Shown here piece by piece: positions 31,518 to 48,169 of a stretch of 64,000 bases of DNA. The notes under the pieces were generated by a model. The model worked only from the letters and a program-made list of their open reading frames with translations, was not told the DNA's origin and ran no database searches. The stretch spans positions 2,649,238 through 2,713,237 of the forward strand of contig JAWQFM010000001.1 in assembly GCA_033442325.1 (NCBI GenBank), given 5' to 3'. The stretch is from Salpingoeca rosetta. Taxonomy: Eukaryota; Protista; Choanoflagellata. Made by a program: the position numbers and the translations under genes. Within the stretch, counting starts at the first letter, position 1; every line of letters begins with the position of its first letter.

Positions 31518-32411
31518 GGTGGCTGTTGGTGTTGTTGATGTTGATGTTGTTGGTGTTGGTTCGTGTTGTGTGTATCTTTTCAGCAAGCGAGCAAGCAAGC
31601 GAGCAAGCGAGCTTGATTTCACGACAGTTTTGAATGTCGCTGTCGTTGTATCAATTTCAAGCTTATCCTGTTTTGTGCCGATTAGACTGAATTCAGTACA
31701 GGACCAGTCATGATGCAATTGCATGTGGGACGAACCATCAGCACACTGTCGAAAATTAGCACATAATTTGTCTAACTTTTCCACCTCTCCTTACTTTTTT
31801 GGGGAGGTTTTTTTTTTTCCTGCTTTCTTTCTTTCGTCGTGCGCTTGGCATCAGCGAACGCAGCAATCTCACGCAAGCGCAAGATCAGAGACCACACACA
31901 GACCAGACAGGTGAGGACGCCGTGCTCGTCGTGTGCGTTTGCGTGTGCGTTTGCGTGTGTGCTTTGCTGCTGGTTGGTTGGCTCGGGCTTGCTTTGCTTG
32001 CATACATGTCCACGACCGACCTGGCATTGCAGTCGATTGTGTCACAGCCCCCACGATTGTCGTGCTTGTTGATTTGTTGATGTGCTATGGCTGGTGATTG
32101 ACGATTGTGTCATTTTTTCTACATGTTCAACACTTGCCATCGCAACCACAACAAGAAGACAATAGTGTGTGTACTCACCCACCCATCGATCCAATAGTTC
32201 CAACAGTTCACTCACCCAGCACCCATCGATCCTCTCTTCCTCTTCTTCCTCCACGCACGTCTTCCTTCTTCTTGGCAACGACCGTTGCATCCGTTCCACA
32301 CAACCACTGCTTCTTGCTTTCATTGGTGTGGTCTGATAGTGAACAGCATCAACACCACAAGCGACTTTCCCGCAACCCACACTCGCTTCAAGCCACATCC
32401 ATCCATCCGTC

Positions 32412-33416
32412 ATGGGCAACCTCATCAGTGCAAGCGGCGCGGCGTCCTGGGTCTACGGCCTGCAGGACGTTGACCGTGCCATCGACCAGACCCTCAAGGA
32501 GCACGAGAAGCACGAGCGGGCCAAGCTCGACGCCAGCCTGAGGGTTGCCAAGCGCGAGCACGTCGAGGGCGCAAAGCCCGGCCACGAGCCCGTGCCCGTG
32601 CTCTCATGGCTCTACCTGGGCGATCGCTACACCATCCGCGACCAGGAAGCCCTTCGCAATGCTCGCATCGCCTACGTGCTTCAGGTCTCCAACGTTGAGA
32701 CGCCCGAGGAAGTCAAGGCGGAGCTCAAGGCCGCGGACATTCGCCAGTACCTTCGCCTCCCTGCTGAGGACGTCGAGACCGACAACATCATCATGGAGTT
32801 TGACAAGGCGTGCGACTTTATTGACCTCGGCAAGAAGGCCTGGGACTCTGGCGACGAGTACCACCGCGTTCTGGTGCGTTTATGCTCCATGCACACTGTG
32901 CTCCATGCAAGCAAACATTTGTGTCGCGAATGGAGCAGTGTCTTTGTGTGTGTGTGTGTGTGTGTGCGTGTGTGTGTGTGTGTGCGTGTGTGTGTGTGTA
33001 TGTGTGTGTGTGTGTGTAAACCTTTTTGTATCTCTTTGTGTACATTTCTGTGCCTTTCTGTGTTCTTTTTGTCTGTTGTGACAAACACACACACGCGCAC
33101 CTCCTCTTGTTTCTCTTCACCAACTGCCAATCCCCATCATCTTGCATTACATGATATATTTACTCACTCACGTAACCCCCCCCTCCCCCAACAGGTGTAC
33201 TGCGACGAGGGCGTGTCCCGCTCACCAACCATGGTGTTGGCATATCTGCTGCACCAGGGCTGGACTCTCAAGGGCGCCGTGCACTACCTCAAGCGGCTAC
33301 GCCCAGCCATTGCCCCCAACAAGGGCTTCTTCGAGCAGCTCCTCGAGCGCGAACACGACCTCTTTGGCCGCAACACCCTCTCCGCAAGCGACTACAACAA
33401 GCTCTTCCTTGAGTAG
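32412..33416 (+). CDS. Atypical dual-specificity protein phosphatase, 2 exons (32412-32873, 33195-33416)
   Basis: Motifs PVPVLSWLYLGD, YLRLPAED, FDKACDFID, VLVYCDEGVSRSPTMVLAYL and LKRLRPAIAPNKGFFEQL. N-terminal MGNLIS fits a myristoylation consensus. Confidence 0.92.
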   Translation: MGNLISASGAASWVYGLQDVDRAIDQTLKEHEKHERAKLDASLRVAKREHVEGAKPGHEPVPVLSWLYLGDRYTIRDQEALRNARIAYVLQVSNVETPEEVKAELKAADIRQYLRLPAEDVETDNIIMEFDKACDFIDLGKKAWDSGDEYHRVLVRLCSMHTVLHASKHLCREWSSVFVCVCVCVRVCVCVRVCVCMCVCVCKPFCISLCTFLCLSVFFLSVVTNTHTRTSSCFSSPTANPHHLALHDIFTHSRNPPLPQQVYCDEGVSRSPTMVLAYLLHQGWTLKGAVHYLKRLRPAIAPNKGFFEQLLEREHDLFGRNTLSASDYNKLFLE

Positions 33417-34182
33417 TCGTCGTCGTCGTCACCGTCGTCTTCGTGCAACCAACCTAGTTATGTTGCTGGCATTGCCCCTATCTCGTCCTTGCCGCCTCCT
33501 CCTCAACAAGTTGCCCTGCCCAAACGCCATGTTCTCCCCCTCCCCCGCCCCCTTTTGCTGACCCGCACCATCTCATCTCGCACAAACGTCAACGTAGCCA
33601 GTCTTTTTGCCACACCTCTGTTGTTTTCTTCTTCTGGTGTTTCGGTTTGTGTCTCGAGCCATACCTCCACCACCTTTGTTTCGTCACCGACCGATGCATA
33701 CCCCTCGACCTATGCATACTCCTCCTCCACCACCACTATGTGTGCCTTGGGGTCGGTTCTTGCCTCGTACGCTTTTCTCCACGTTGTGCGTGCGTGCGTG
33801 CGTGTGTGCGTGTGTGCGTATGTGTTCTTACAAACAAAAGGCAGTCGGCTTTGCGTTTGCGTTTGCTCGCTTCCTATCACGCCCTGCTTTCATCAACACG
33901 CGCGTCAGCCGTGCTTGTTATCACACCACCAATGTGCATGTCCCACTGTGGGTTGCTGCCTTCACTTGCAGAATCCGACCAATCCTCCATCCTCCAAATA
34001 CAAACAAACGCAATTGTACGACCCGCTGTCTCACACATGACGTGTATACGGGAATGGCCAGCACCATTGAACGTAATCAAAATGTTTTCGGGGGTTTGTA
34101 ATGCACGTGTCATTCAACAACAAGCCAAACAAGCCAGGGAGCAGAGACGAGGAAGCCAGCAGAGACAAGCGAAAACGCACAC

Positions 34183-34233
<51 letters not shown>

Positions 34234-34281
34234 AATCGAGGAGGATACAAGGTGAGAGAGAGTGAGAGAGACAGAGAGACA

Positions 34282-34320
<39 letters not shown>

Positions 34321-34332
34321 GCGGCAAATCGG

Positions 34333-36844
34333 TTATTCGAGAAGGGGTTGCACAATGTCGAAGCTGCCAGTGCCGGTGGTCGTGAGCTTGCCAACCACAA
34401 GACGCGAGGAGTGCGACTGAATAGAGCAGAGGGAAGTTGAGGAGGAGGACGGGCAGGAAGGGGGGGGGGCGGACATTCGTGAGTTTTGTTCGAATGGGAG
34501 GAGATTATGCATGCACAAGTTGTGGTCATCACACTTGAATGCAGACAAGGCAGACAAGAAAAAACCCCAGCACACACGAGCACACACGAGCACACACGAG
34601 CACACACACACACACACACTGACCCTGAGGGGTTCGTGTGCGCCGCCGAGCGCCGCGCGCTTGAGAAAGTCGACGGTGGTCTCAAAGCTCATCTGGGAGA
34701 AGGGCGACACGTTGGAGCGCATGGTGATGCGGTTCATGCCGCGGTACGTGCCCTCAAACGACTGCACACACACGCATGCGCAAGTTCGGAGGGGAGAGGA
34801 TGTAGTCGTACGTGTCAGTTTGTCGTCGATATCAAGTGAGACGCAAAGGAAGCCACCGCCAATGAAAGGAAAGAAAAAGAGAGGAGAGGAAGCCCCCCCC
34901 CCCCACACACACACACACACAGATTCAGCTGCGCACCATGTAGTCTGCAATGAGGCTGAGATGGCGGTGGTTGACGGTGATGCCGTAGACGTTGAAGACG
35001 GCGCGCAGCTCGCGGATGATGCTGTCACGCGCAGCCTCAATCCCATACGCCTCAAGCATCTGATTTGCGTACACAAAACACCAGCAGTGGTGTCAGCAGG
35101 AAACATATGTGAGTGTCTGCGCGCGGAAGCGGATGTCAGTGTCAGCAAGAAGTGTTCGCACACACGCAAGCACACGCACACACTGCGAGAAGGTGCGTAC
35201 CGCATAGACATCGTTGCACTCGAGGTGGTTCAGGTCGAGAATGTCGGCGTGCTCACGGACAACGCGCATGTTCAGACCCTCAACCATAAATACATCCGGC
35301 GTGTCTTGCTCCTGCAACAACGCGCATATGCAGAGATTGCCGGAATCAGCACACGCTGCATGCAAGATTGCCCAACGCACAACACGCGCACAAGCACAGG
35401 CCACAAGCATGTGCACACACACACAGACACGTGAACCCACCCGCCCCACGAACACGTACACACACGCACACCCACACACCCACACACCCACCCACACCCA
35501 CACACATACACACACACACACACACACCTCGCTGCTCTTGCCGAGCATGCAGCGGCGAATGCCCTTTGTTTGACGGATGATGAGCTTGTGGGCTTCCGAC
35601 TCGAGCATGGTGATGAACGGAACAATGGGCTGCTCCGCAGATACCCGCAGCGTGAGAGTGGCCCACTCGCCACGGTCCTCGTCGTAGTTGTAGTCGACAA
35701 TCGGCTTGCACCGCGCCTTGAGCTCGGCCGCCCGCTTGCCCTTATCGCTGTCTGGGTCCGGCGTGGCAAACGTCGCCTCTGCATCCGCACGAATGTCCAT
35801 GATGGCCTCGTCCTCCAGACCTTCGTCAACCTTCACCTTGCGCGGGCCGGGGCGCCGCGTGTCTTCATCGTCATCGCTCGACAGATGCGCCTGAACAGCA
35901 GCGCGGCATTATGACATAGTGAGCTGATCATGGCAGGATGGTCACCGACGGCGCGAGTTCAAGACTGCGGTGTTTATCACAGACACACACACACACGCAC
36001 GCACACACGCACACACACACACACACGCACGCACGCACGCACATACACACACACACAGACACGCACACACACACACACCTGGTCTGTGCCGGACTCTGGG
36101 TCCTCTTCTTCCTCTTCGCTCTCGCTGGAGTCCACGTCCTCATCGCCGTTGGTCTCGTCAACGTTATCACGCGCACGCTTGCGTTCGTCGTACCCGCCAG
36201 CCTTGTTGTCGTCGTCATCGTCAGCATCGGCGTCCTTGGGCGTCACGTCCAGCCCCGATGCCTTGGTCACGGCCACGGTGTCGGCCTGTGCAAACCGCTT
36301 GTACCACGTGCCAGCAATGCGCGGCAGCTTGGGGAACACCGTCTTCTCCAGTCGAGTGAACAGCTCCTCGGCAGAGATGGCACACCGCTGCACAGACCAA
36401 ACGCAAGGGGGAAGGCGTTGTCAATGGCAGTCGTAGTGACAGTGGTGGTGATGTGGTGGTGGCAGATGTGGTGGCGTGAACGCTGGTGTTTGAGGGAGCG
36501 AAAGCAAGAGCCCCAGTCCTTGTCGAACACAAAGCAGTGACAGCAACAGCCGTCGCAGGTACAAAACAAGCCAATGTGCTCACCTCCTGGTAGACTTCGG
36601 TGTCGATAAATTTGAAGTGAAGGCGGTAGTAGCGGACAAACTCGCCAGACTTGAAGCGGGAGAGCCAGGTGGTGCAGTCAACGCCCTTGAGCACATCCTT
36701 CAGCAGGACGGGGCTGAGCGACGCAGCAAGCTTCTCTGCTTGCTCCACAGCATTCTCCACGGGAAGAATCGGCACCTTGATCAGTGGCGTCTGGTCGTGT
36801 AGTCAAGCGTGAGAGGAGACGCGCAACAACAGCAAGGGTTTGCG

Positions 36845-36884
<40 letters not shown>

Positions 36885-39800
36885 GTGTGTTTGAGTGAGT
36901 AAGTGTGAGCAGAAAGTAGAGAGGAGAGCCACCCGTGGTATCGGATATCATTCAGACACACACACACACACATACACACACACACACACAAGTACATACA
37001 CAGACATACAACACATGCAGAAGCATGAACGAACACGGAGGCATACAAATGAAAGTGTACCTTTGCGGCCTTACTGGCCGTCATGATAATCTCACGCAGA
37101 CGCGGGATACCAAGGGTCACGTTCACATCACCACGACCAGCGAAATGGAACGTGTTCAGCGTCATCTGCACAAGCAAAAAGACCCAACAAACGCGGTGGG
37201 CGATGAATGAGCCATCCATGGTAATCGTGCATGCCTTGCATTGCATATGTGTGCGTGTGATTTTACATGTGCGTGCACATTCATGTGCAAATGCCCGCAC
37301 ACACCGTACATGGACACCCACCCACATGTTCACACGCATGCGACTGTGGCGCTGACCTGGGTTGAAGGTTCGCCAACAGCCTGTGCAGCACAGATGCCCA
37401 CGGCCTCGCCGGGATCTGCCAGTGCGTGGTGGCTCTTCATGTACACCACCGACTTGAAGCGAGCAGGGCTCAGCTCCGTGTCCTTGAACTTCTGCACAAG
37501 CACGTCGTTCTTGTGCTTGTCGGCGTACTCAATCATGGCCTTGTACAGCTTCTCGGAGATGCAGCCGAGGTGGGTGTCGGGGCGCAGTGTTGTCAGCACG
37601 GGATCGTGCTCATCGGGGTGCTTCAGGGCCTTCTTCATCTGCCTGATCGCCACCTTCGACAGCTGTGCTCAAGGGGGAACGGGAGAAAGAACAAGAACGG
37701 GGGCGCGGCGGGGAGAGAGAAGCGCCGGGGCGGGGAGAGGGTGTCATTGAACCGAAAAGAACCAAAAAAAAAAAGTTGGCAGGAGTGAGCGGGAGAAAGG
37801 AAATACAATCAAGAGAGGACACGATCAAGTGCAAAGCCTCATCAAGAGATCTTCGTGCTCAAGAAAAAGGTGCGATGAAAGCCAGGTCATGTTCACAGGA
37901 AGAGTGTGCACATGCATCAAGTTCATAGCTCATGGTTGGACCAAGAAAGCACACAAAACAAAAACAGACTCTGTCGCGACATGAACACATTGGTTGCATG
38001 CCGAAAGGCACGATCCACTGACACCGCACCTTGCCGGGGAAGGCGTCAGCAATGCGGCCGGCACAGAGGCGGTTGAGCAGGCCTTGGTAGTTGTCGGCAA
38101 AGAACTTGAAGTTGCCAAGCTGCGCCGCCTTTGTCACGTCAATGCCGTCCTCACCATACCTGTGGGGTCATGCAAAACGGTGATGGATAAGACAATGAGG
38201 GTCAACGGGTTGCGACGTGTTGTTTGGGACAGTACAGAAGCGAGTCACCCCAACGTGTTGTTATAAACAAACACCACACGTACGCCACACACACACATAC
38301 ACACACACACCCTCACACACAACAAAACCGAGCAAAGTAAAGCAAAGATAGCAAAGGAAGGCAGGCACACGAAGAAGGTTCCCGTACCTGAACTGAACGA
38401 CGGATCCATCAGAATCACGAACAGTCATGTCGTATTGGACCTTCAAGTCCTCCAAATGCTTGATCAAACAGCGCTGCAAGTAACTGCGGTGGCAACAGTG
38501 ACGACAAGTGTGAATGAATCGAACGCAAGGAACATGTGTGAATGAATCGAACGCAAGGAACATGCGTGCTCACAGCATTAGTTAAGCACAACACACCCTA
38601 CAGGGGGAGGAGGAGGAAGGAAAGCATCAATGCACTACTCCCCATGTACCGCACGCACACAGCACAGATCCTACAGCACACACACGCAGCACAGCACAGC
38701 ACAGCACAGCGCACACACCCTGAGCGGGATGTCTTGACGGCGGTATCGACGAGACCCTCACGTCCGGCCATGCAATGGAAGAAATACTCCTGCGGGCGCA
38801 GGCCCGTGAGAAAGCGGTCGGTAATCAGGCCGCCAGCACGCAGCGAGGGGTCAAAGGCGGCAAAGCTGGGCAGGGTCTTGCCGCTCATCATGACGGGCAC
38901 GCGACGGCCCTCGAGCATCTGCTGGCCAAGCATGCCGGAGATCTGCGTGGCGTTGACGTTGGAACCCTTGGCACCCGACTGCACAATGAGCTGGAAGTTG
39001 TTGTCGGGAAACTGCTTGAGGAGGCCATCGGGGATGTTCTTGGAGCAAGCAACCTCGGACTGCACCTTGTTGGCCGCACCAGCCATGGTGCTGTCCAGGC
39101 CCTTGTGCTCCACAGCGTCACGCAGAATCGTGGCAATGTTGGAGCGCAGCAGCGGGATGTCTGTGGGGTCCTCCTGCTTGACAAACTTGGCCGCAGCCTG
39201 CGGGCCAGACGCCTCAGACTGCTCAATCGACTTGCGGCGCCTAAGGAAGGCAAGAAGGAAGAGGGAAGAGGGAAGAGGGAAGATGTAAGGAGCAGCAGTT
39301 GGGGAAGCGATTATAATGGGGGCAGACAGGGGGCAACACGCACACACACACGCACACGCACACGCACACACACACACGCACGCACGCACGCACGCACGCA
39401 CAGACGCACCGGATGTCTGCCTCTTTTGTGAGGAGAAGATCGTCGATGGAGAGGGTGGCGCCGTGGTACTTGAGCCACATGGTAAACAGCTTGCCAAAGG
39501 CAGTCAGCAAATCGCCAGCAACACGCCCGCCGTGCGTCTGCACAAACAAAAAAGTCGCAGGCATGGGCAACGACGACACAAAACGACGGGCTTGTGAGGC
39601 AGAAGAAGTGCATGTACACGAGCGTGTGACATGCATGTGCACGTGCATGCATGTGCTTGCATGTGTGGACACACATGTGTTGTGGTTCGACTGCGTTAAC
39701 TGCGTTGTGTGAGAAGCGCAAGTGGTACACGCACCTCAAAGTAGACGTGTACAAGGCTGTTGTTGGAGGCACCGCACTGGGCCTTATCGAGAAGACCGCA

Positions 39801-40324
39801 CAGCAACTCGTCATCGCGCACAATCACGGTCGACTCGCCCTGATGGGGATGGCAAACAATACCACAACAAGCGGCCGTGAGCATACCAAGTGTGCGTGCA
39901 GTGCTCATATGTGTGGCAGGGATGTGTCGAGAGCATGTGCGTGCGTGCGTGTGCGTGCGTGCGTGTGTGTACGTGCGTGCGTGTGTGTGTGTGTGTGTGT
40001 GTTTGCACTCGTCTCCTCAACTTGCGCTCGTCCCCTCTAAACATGTTGTAATCACACAGGCGCGTAGACATGCACACAGCCCCGCACATAGAAGACAAAG
40101 CCACACGCACCTCGAGTTCTGTGGAGCACTTTGACCACGAGTTCTTGATCTTGGTGGAGCCTGTGTAGTAGACGCCAACCTTGCCGCGGGTGACGTTCTT
40201 CATAACGGTGGAGATGACCTGCTTGCCGGACCACAGCTTGCGTGGCTTGATCATGCACGGGGGCAGCAGCTCAATCCCGCACGTGTCCACCCGGTCCTCC
40301 AGCGCAGCATACACGAGCGCCTGG

Positions 40325-40402
<78 letters not shown>

Positions 40403-41663
40403 GTGGGGGCACCGAGAATCACGCGTTGGGTGTGAGTCGATGGGCAGAGGAAGAATAGAGGGGGGTGGCAGTGAGCAGAAGCAGGAACGCAGCATGCAGG
40501 GTGTCACCGACAGAGGGGATGCGCATGCCACACTACCATGCCGTTCGTGTCAGACCTGGTAGTGGTCCTTGTCGTAGAAGGTGTCGCGGCAGCAGATCTT
40601 GGTGCCGGCAATGACGTGGTCCTGGATCAGACCGCGCAGCGGACCGCCGCCAAGGCCAATGTACTGGTGGTGATGGTGGTGGTGGTGGTGGTGGTGTGAT
40701 GGGGGTGGGGGGATGAAGAGTTGAGGATTGTGGGCGGTGTCCAAGGTGGGGTGAGGCAAGGAGGGGGGGGGGTGTCCGCAATCGAGCGCGGCACAGCAAA
40801 GAATAGGTGTGAAAGCGTGTGGGCCATTCAAAGCAGCATGGGCATTGAGCAACCCTACAGCTACCACACCTGTGTGAAGTTGGCGGCAATCTCTGCAGCC
40901 TCGGCGCGCGCGAGTTCGGATTGCGGAAGATGCATGTTCATCTCATCACCATCGAAATCAGCGTTGAAACTCTGCAGGCACAAGCGAGCCAAGCACACAC
41001 GTTAGAAGCAATGTGAACACTTGCTCAACGGCGTCGGTCCCACAAACGTGCGACCTCATTGCCATGTGAATACACCAGCAGTGAACCAGCGACACATGGG
41101 CGCACGTCACGGCGCAGTGCGTCCTGGGACCCACCTTGCAGTTTGCGTAGTGAAGACGGAAGGCACGGTCTTTGGGCAGCACGCGCACCTGCACACGAAC
41201 CCCAGCATATGTGAGGCTGTTGCGTATTCCATACTCGCAGAGAGATGGCAGTATTGTTGACCCGACTTTGACAGCACAACACACACACACACAGACACAC
41301 AGACACACACACACAGACACACAGACACACGCTTTCGCACGTGACTGACCTGGAAAGCCATGATACTGGACTTGTGGAGGGTGGGCTGGCGGTTCATGAG
41401 CACCCAGTCGCCGTTCTTGGCGTGGCGGTGCACAATCTTGCACTTGTGGCTGCGGCCAAGTGTCTTTGTCTTGCGCGTGAGCAGCTGGTCGGCAACGGAG
41501 ATGCGGCTCTCCTCGCTCAGGTACTTGAGCGAAATCATGCGCCCATCCTCATCCTGTTTACATGCAAATTGGGAGAGCACAAACACGTGCGCTGTTTGAG
41601 TTTTGCAACGGGAGGAGGGACGAGAACAGTGCAGCCACACACACACACATGCACACGGACACG

Positions 41664-41696
<33 letters not shown>

Positions 41697-42725
41697 ACAT
41701 ACACACCTGCACGTGTGTTGCACCCGGGTACTGGTCAGCGCCGTTGATGACGCACTGGCGGAGATACTTCATGTTCCAGGGCGTGACCGGCTGCGGGTAA
41801 GTCAACGTGCGTGCAAAGACATCCGGAATGCCAATCTCGTGCGTGCCAATGAGCGGATCGGGGGAGATGACGGTACGGGCGGCGTAGTTGACGCGCTTGC
41901 CCATCATGTTCATGCGGAACAGACCTTCCTTGCGCTCAAGGCCCTGGCGAATGCCCTTGGCGTCTGCAGCGGAAAACAACACACACACACACACGCGCAC
42001 ATGAACGAAGGGATTGAGGGCATGATGACGAGGGGAGCAAGAGGCTGGTTGGCAAAACTACTCGCATGGGAGGGTTTCGCGCACAGGCGCACACGCACAC
42101 AGGCACACATGCAACCACACAGGCACACACACACACACACACAGGCACATGCACACACATGCACACACACACATGCACGAACCTGTCATGCGCGGGGAGA
42201 GGGAGCTGTCCATGAAGACGTTGACGTGCTCCTGCAGGGCGTGCCAGGCCTGTGTGAGGCGCTCACGGTACCGCTTCTCTGTCATGGCGCGGGAGGTCGC
42301 CTTGCCCGGCGCAGACTCCTGGTTTGGGTCGTGGCGCACAAGCTCGTCAATGGCCACGCAGTCCTTGACCACGTCTGCCAGCGCAATGGTGCGCTCGTTC
42401 TCAATCGACTGCCCGTTGAGGAAGTTCACCGGCCGGAACCTGCACAGACAAGGGAAGGGGAAAAGCAGAGGGAAAGAGGAGGGAGAGCGAACGGGGGAGA
42501 CAGTGACGGATGGAGTGAGTGAGTGAGTGACGGATGAAGGGCGTATGGGGGATATGCACAGGTAAACTACAGAAGGGACACACGCGAACGCACACCACGC
42601 ACGAAGAAGAATAGTGCAATGCATGCAAGACCATGACAGTGGCTTGGTACCTGTTTGGCGGAACGGAGATGGCCTTGACGAAAAAAACCTCTGCGGTGAA
42701 GCGCCGCTGCAGACCACTGGTCTTG

Positions 42726-42764
<39 letters not shown>

Positions 42765-44794
42765 ACACACAGGTACACACACACACACATAACACAACAC
42801 ACAAGGAAGGGAGACAGCGCAAGCACGACGTAGAGAATTAGAGCAGCGACAATCCGACAAAAACAAAACGACGCAGCAGCACACAGAACAAACGCGTACT
42901 TTTGCAACATTGGTCACACACACGCACACAAACACACGTGCGCGGACGAACCTTTGAGCAAGGATGCATACATCTTGGGCAGGGTCTCGTTGTCAAGTTC
43001 TTCGCACTTGAGCTGATGGCACAACCGTTACACACACAGAGCGTAGCGTGAGAGGGGGAATAAAGTGCGGTGTAGCGGAGGAGAGACAACAGGTTCGCTC
43101 CTCACAACGTCGCTCGCACACACGCACACACACACACACACCCACGTACAAATGCACACACACACACACGTACAAATGCACACACACACACACAAATGTT
43201 GCGATTTCAAGAGCAGATGGGCTACAGAGCATGGGGTGTACACCTACCAGGTGGTCGCGGGCGAGCTCTGGAGAGACGTACTGGCGCCCGTACCAGGACC
43301 GGGGCGGCGGGTTGGGCTGCTTCGACATCTTGGCCATCTCCGTGTCCGCACGCGCAACGGCCTGGCAAGCAGAGACAAGAGAGAGAGAGAGTGTGTGTGT
43401 GTGTGAGTGTGTGTATGTGCATGTGTGTGCGTGCGTGTGCGTGTGCGTGCAAGTGTGTGTATGTGTGTGTATGTGAGCGTATCAACAGAGCCACAGGCAG
43501 TGATAAACACGCTTGTGTGTGCGGGTGCAAGAGGTACAAGCAAGGGAGAGCAAAATATGACACCTCCAACGCCTGCAGGACAACCCTATCGCCCGCGCAT
43601 ACCTGCATGAAGACTTTGATGGCGTTCTCCTGAAGGAGACGCCTCGAAATGCAGCTGCAGTGCTGCGTGCATGACAAACAAAACAGCACCAGGACAAGAG
43701 GGTTGGTGCGCGGATGAGTGGAACAAATGGGCCATGGGCTTATTTAACACTCACGAACAGGGTATCACGAACAGGGACGGGGTAACCTTACAACGGCATT
43801 CGTCGCATTTGTCACAAAGGCACGGGGGACTCACCGGGCAGCTGCGGGCGTGGACGCACTTGGAGAGGAACTCCTCGTTGAGTTCGTTCTTGTACTTGAG
43901 GACGTGAATGTTCCTGGTGGTGTGCACGGCGCGCTTACCGGCTGCCGTGGTTGGCCGCTTGATGCCCTTGAGGGCGTCTTCGGTGAAGGTGTCGAGGAAC
44001 TCGAAGACCTGGGCCACAGGCACGAGGTCAATGCGCTCCTGCAGCTCCTTGGCGGCGACAACGCACTGGTTCTCCAATAGCTTGTGCTGGCACTGAAGCA
44101 GGCGCAGCTGGAAGCGCGTGGCCTTGAGTCGGTGGCAGTGAAGGCAGGTGGCGCGGAGGAGGAGGAAGAGGCGGTCAAAGTACATGGGGTGGTACACGTA
44201 CAAGGGGAGCTCCACGTGGCCGAGGTGGCCCGGGCAGTGAACGCCGAGCAGCCCGCATGTCTCACAGCGGTCCTTGTTGTCTGTGGGGCCAAGGGCCGGG
44301 TCATAGAGGCCGCCGCGCACGGGGTGGCCCAGCACGGGATCGAAGGAGACGGGGTCTGTGATGCGTTTGACGCTTACGCGCTTGATGCTTTCGGCATCCA
44401 GTGTCGCAAACGAGACACCAGACACCTAGACCCAACAAGAGAGAGAGTGAGTGAGTGAGTGTGTGTGTGTGTGCGGGTGCATGTGTGTGCATGTGAGAGT
44501 GTGAGTGTGAGTGTGGGTGTGTGCATGTGAGTGTGTGCATGTGAGGGAGAGTGTGTGGGCATGTGAGGGAGAGAGTGTGTGGCACGTGAGTGTGCATGTG
44601 TACTGCCTATGTTTGCACAAGATCACAAGTCGCACACACAAACGCACGAACACACACATACAAACTCATGCAAAGTGGAAAAAGGACACAAGAGTACACG
44701 GTATGCAACACAATCTCACGCACACACGCACACGCACGCACACGCACACACACACACACACCTGGTAGTTGGGCCAGGAGAGGGTGCTTGACAT
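34333..44794 (-). CDS. POLR1A: RNA polymerase I largest subunit (RPA1/RPA190), more than 20 exons
   Basis: Motifs [59 protein letters not shown], catalytic [10 protein letters not shown] (about 40935-40966), [71 protein letters not shown]. No CTD heptads. Confidence 0.97.
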
Positions 44795-45151
44795 GGTTTC
44801 TTGAGTGGTGATGTAGGTGACTGAGGGTCTCTGCACGACAACAGATGCAGCGTGCAGCAGCGTGGTGGGTTTTGTGGCGCTTCACGTGGATGCGATAATT
44901 CACCGCCGCATTCCCTACTCCTCGGAATCGAGCCAGCTACCTATTTTGGTGTCGGACGAGCAACAACCGAGCGCCCGTACCGAGTGGCGGACACAACAGC
45001 AGCGGTGGTGAACAACAGTGCTTCCATCACACCACGGCCGCGACCAGACGCGCACTGCGTTCATCACATACGTCAGCAGCGCATCGACACAGTCAACACT
45101 CATTTACATACATACACACACTTACAAACGCACACACGGAGCGAGAAGACC

Positions 45152-47807
<2,656 letters not shown>

Positions 47808-48169
47808 CGGCAGCGTGTGATGGCAGTGCTGATGGCGACCGCTGTGGTGGTGTGGAATGGTTGGCCTGGTCCATTTTCTGACAGCCTTAATTAACGTGCG
47901 ATTCTGAATGACCGGCAAGCGAGCAAAACACGCTCTTGTGCGTGCGTGCGTGCGTGTGTGTGTGTATGTGTGTGTGTGTGTGTGTGTGTTTATTCGCACG
48001 ACATGTGGTGTTGATAACGTGGTATTAAACTGAACTCACGCGGTTGCTTCTGTACAATGGTCTCAATGGAGTGAAACTCAAGCGAACACACCACATACGC
48101 GGGCACGCTCGACAACAACAAAGTGTGTACAAAACTGACATGCACAGATGCAACATGCGCACATTCACA

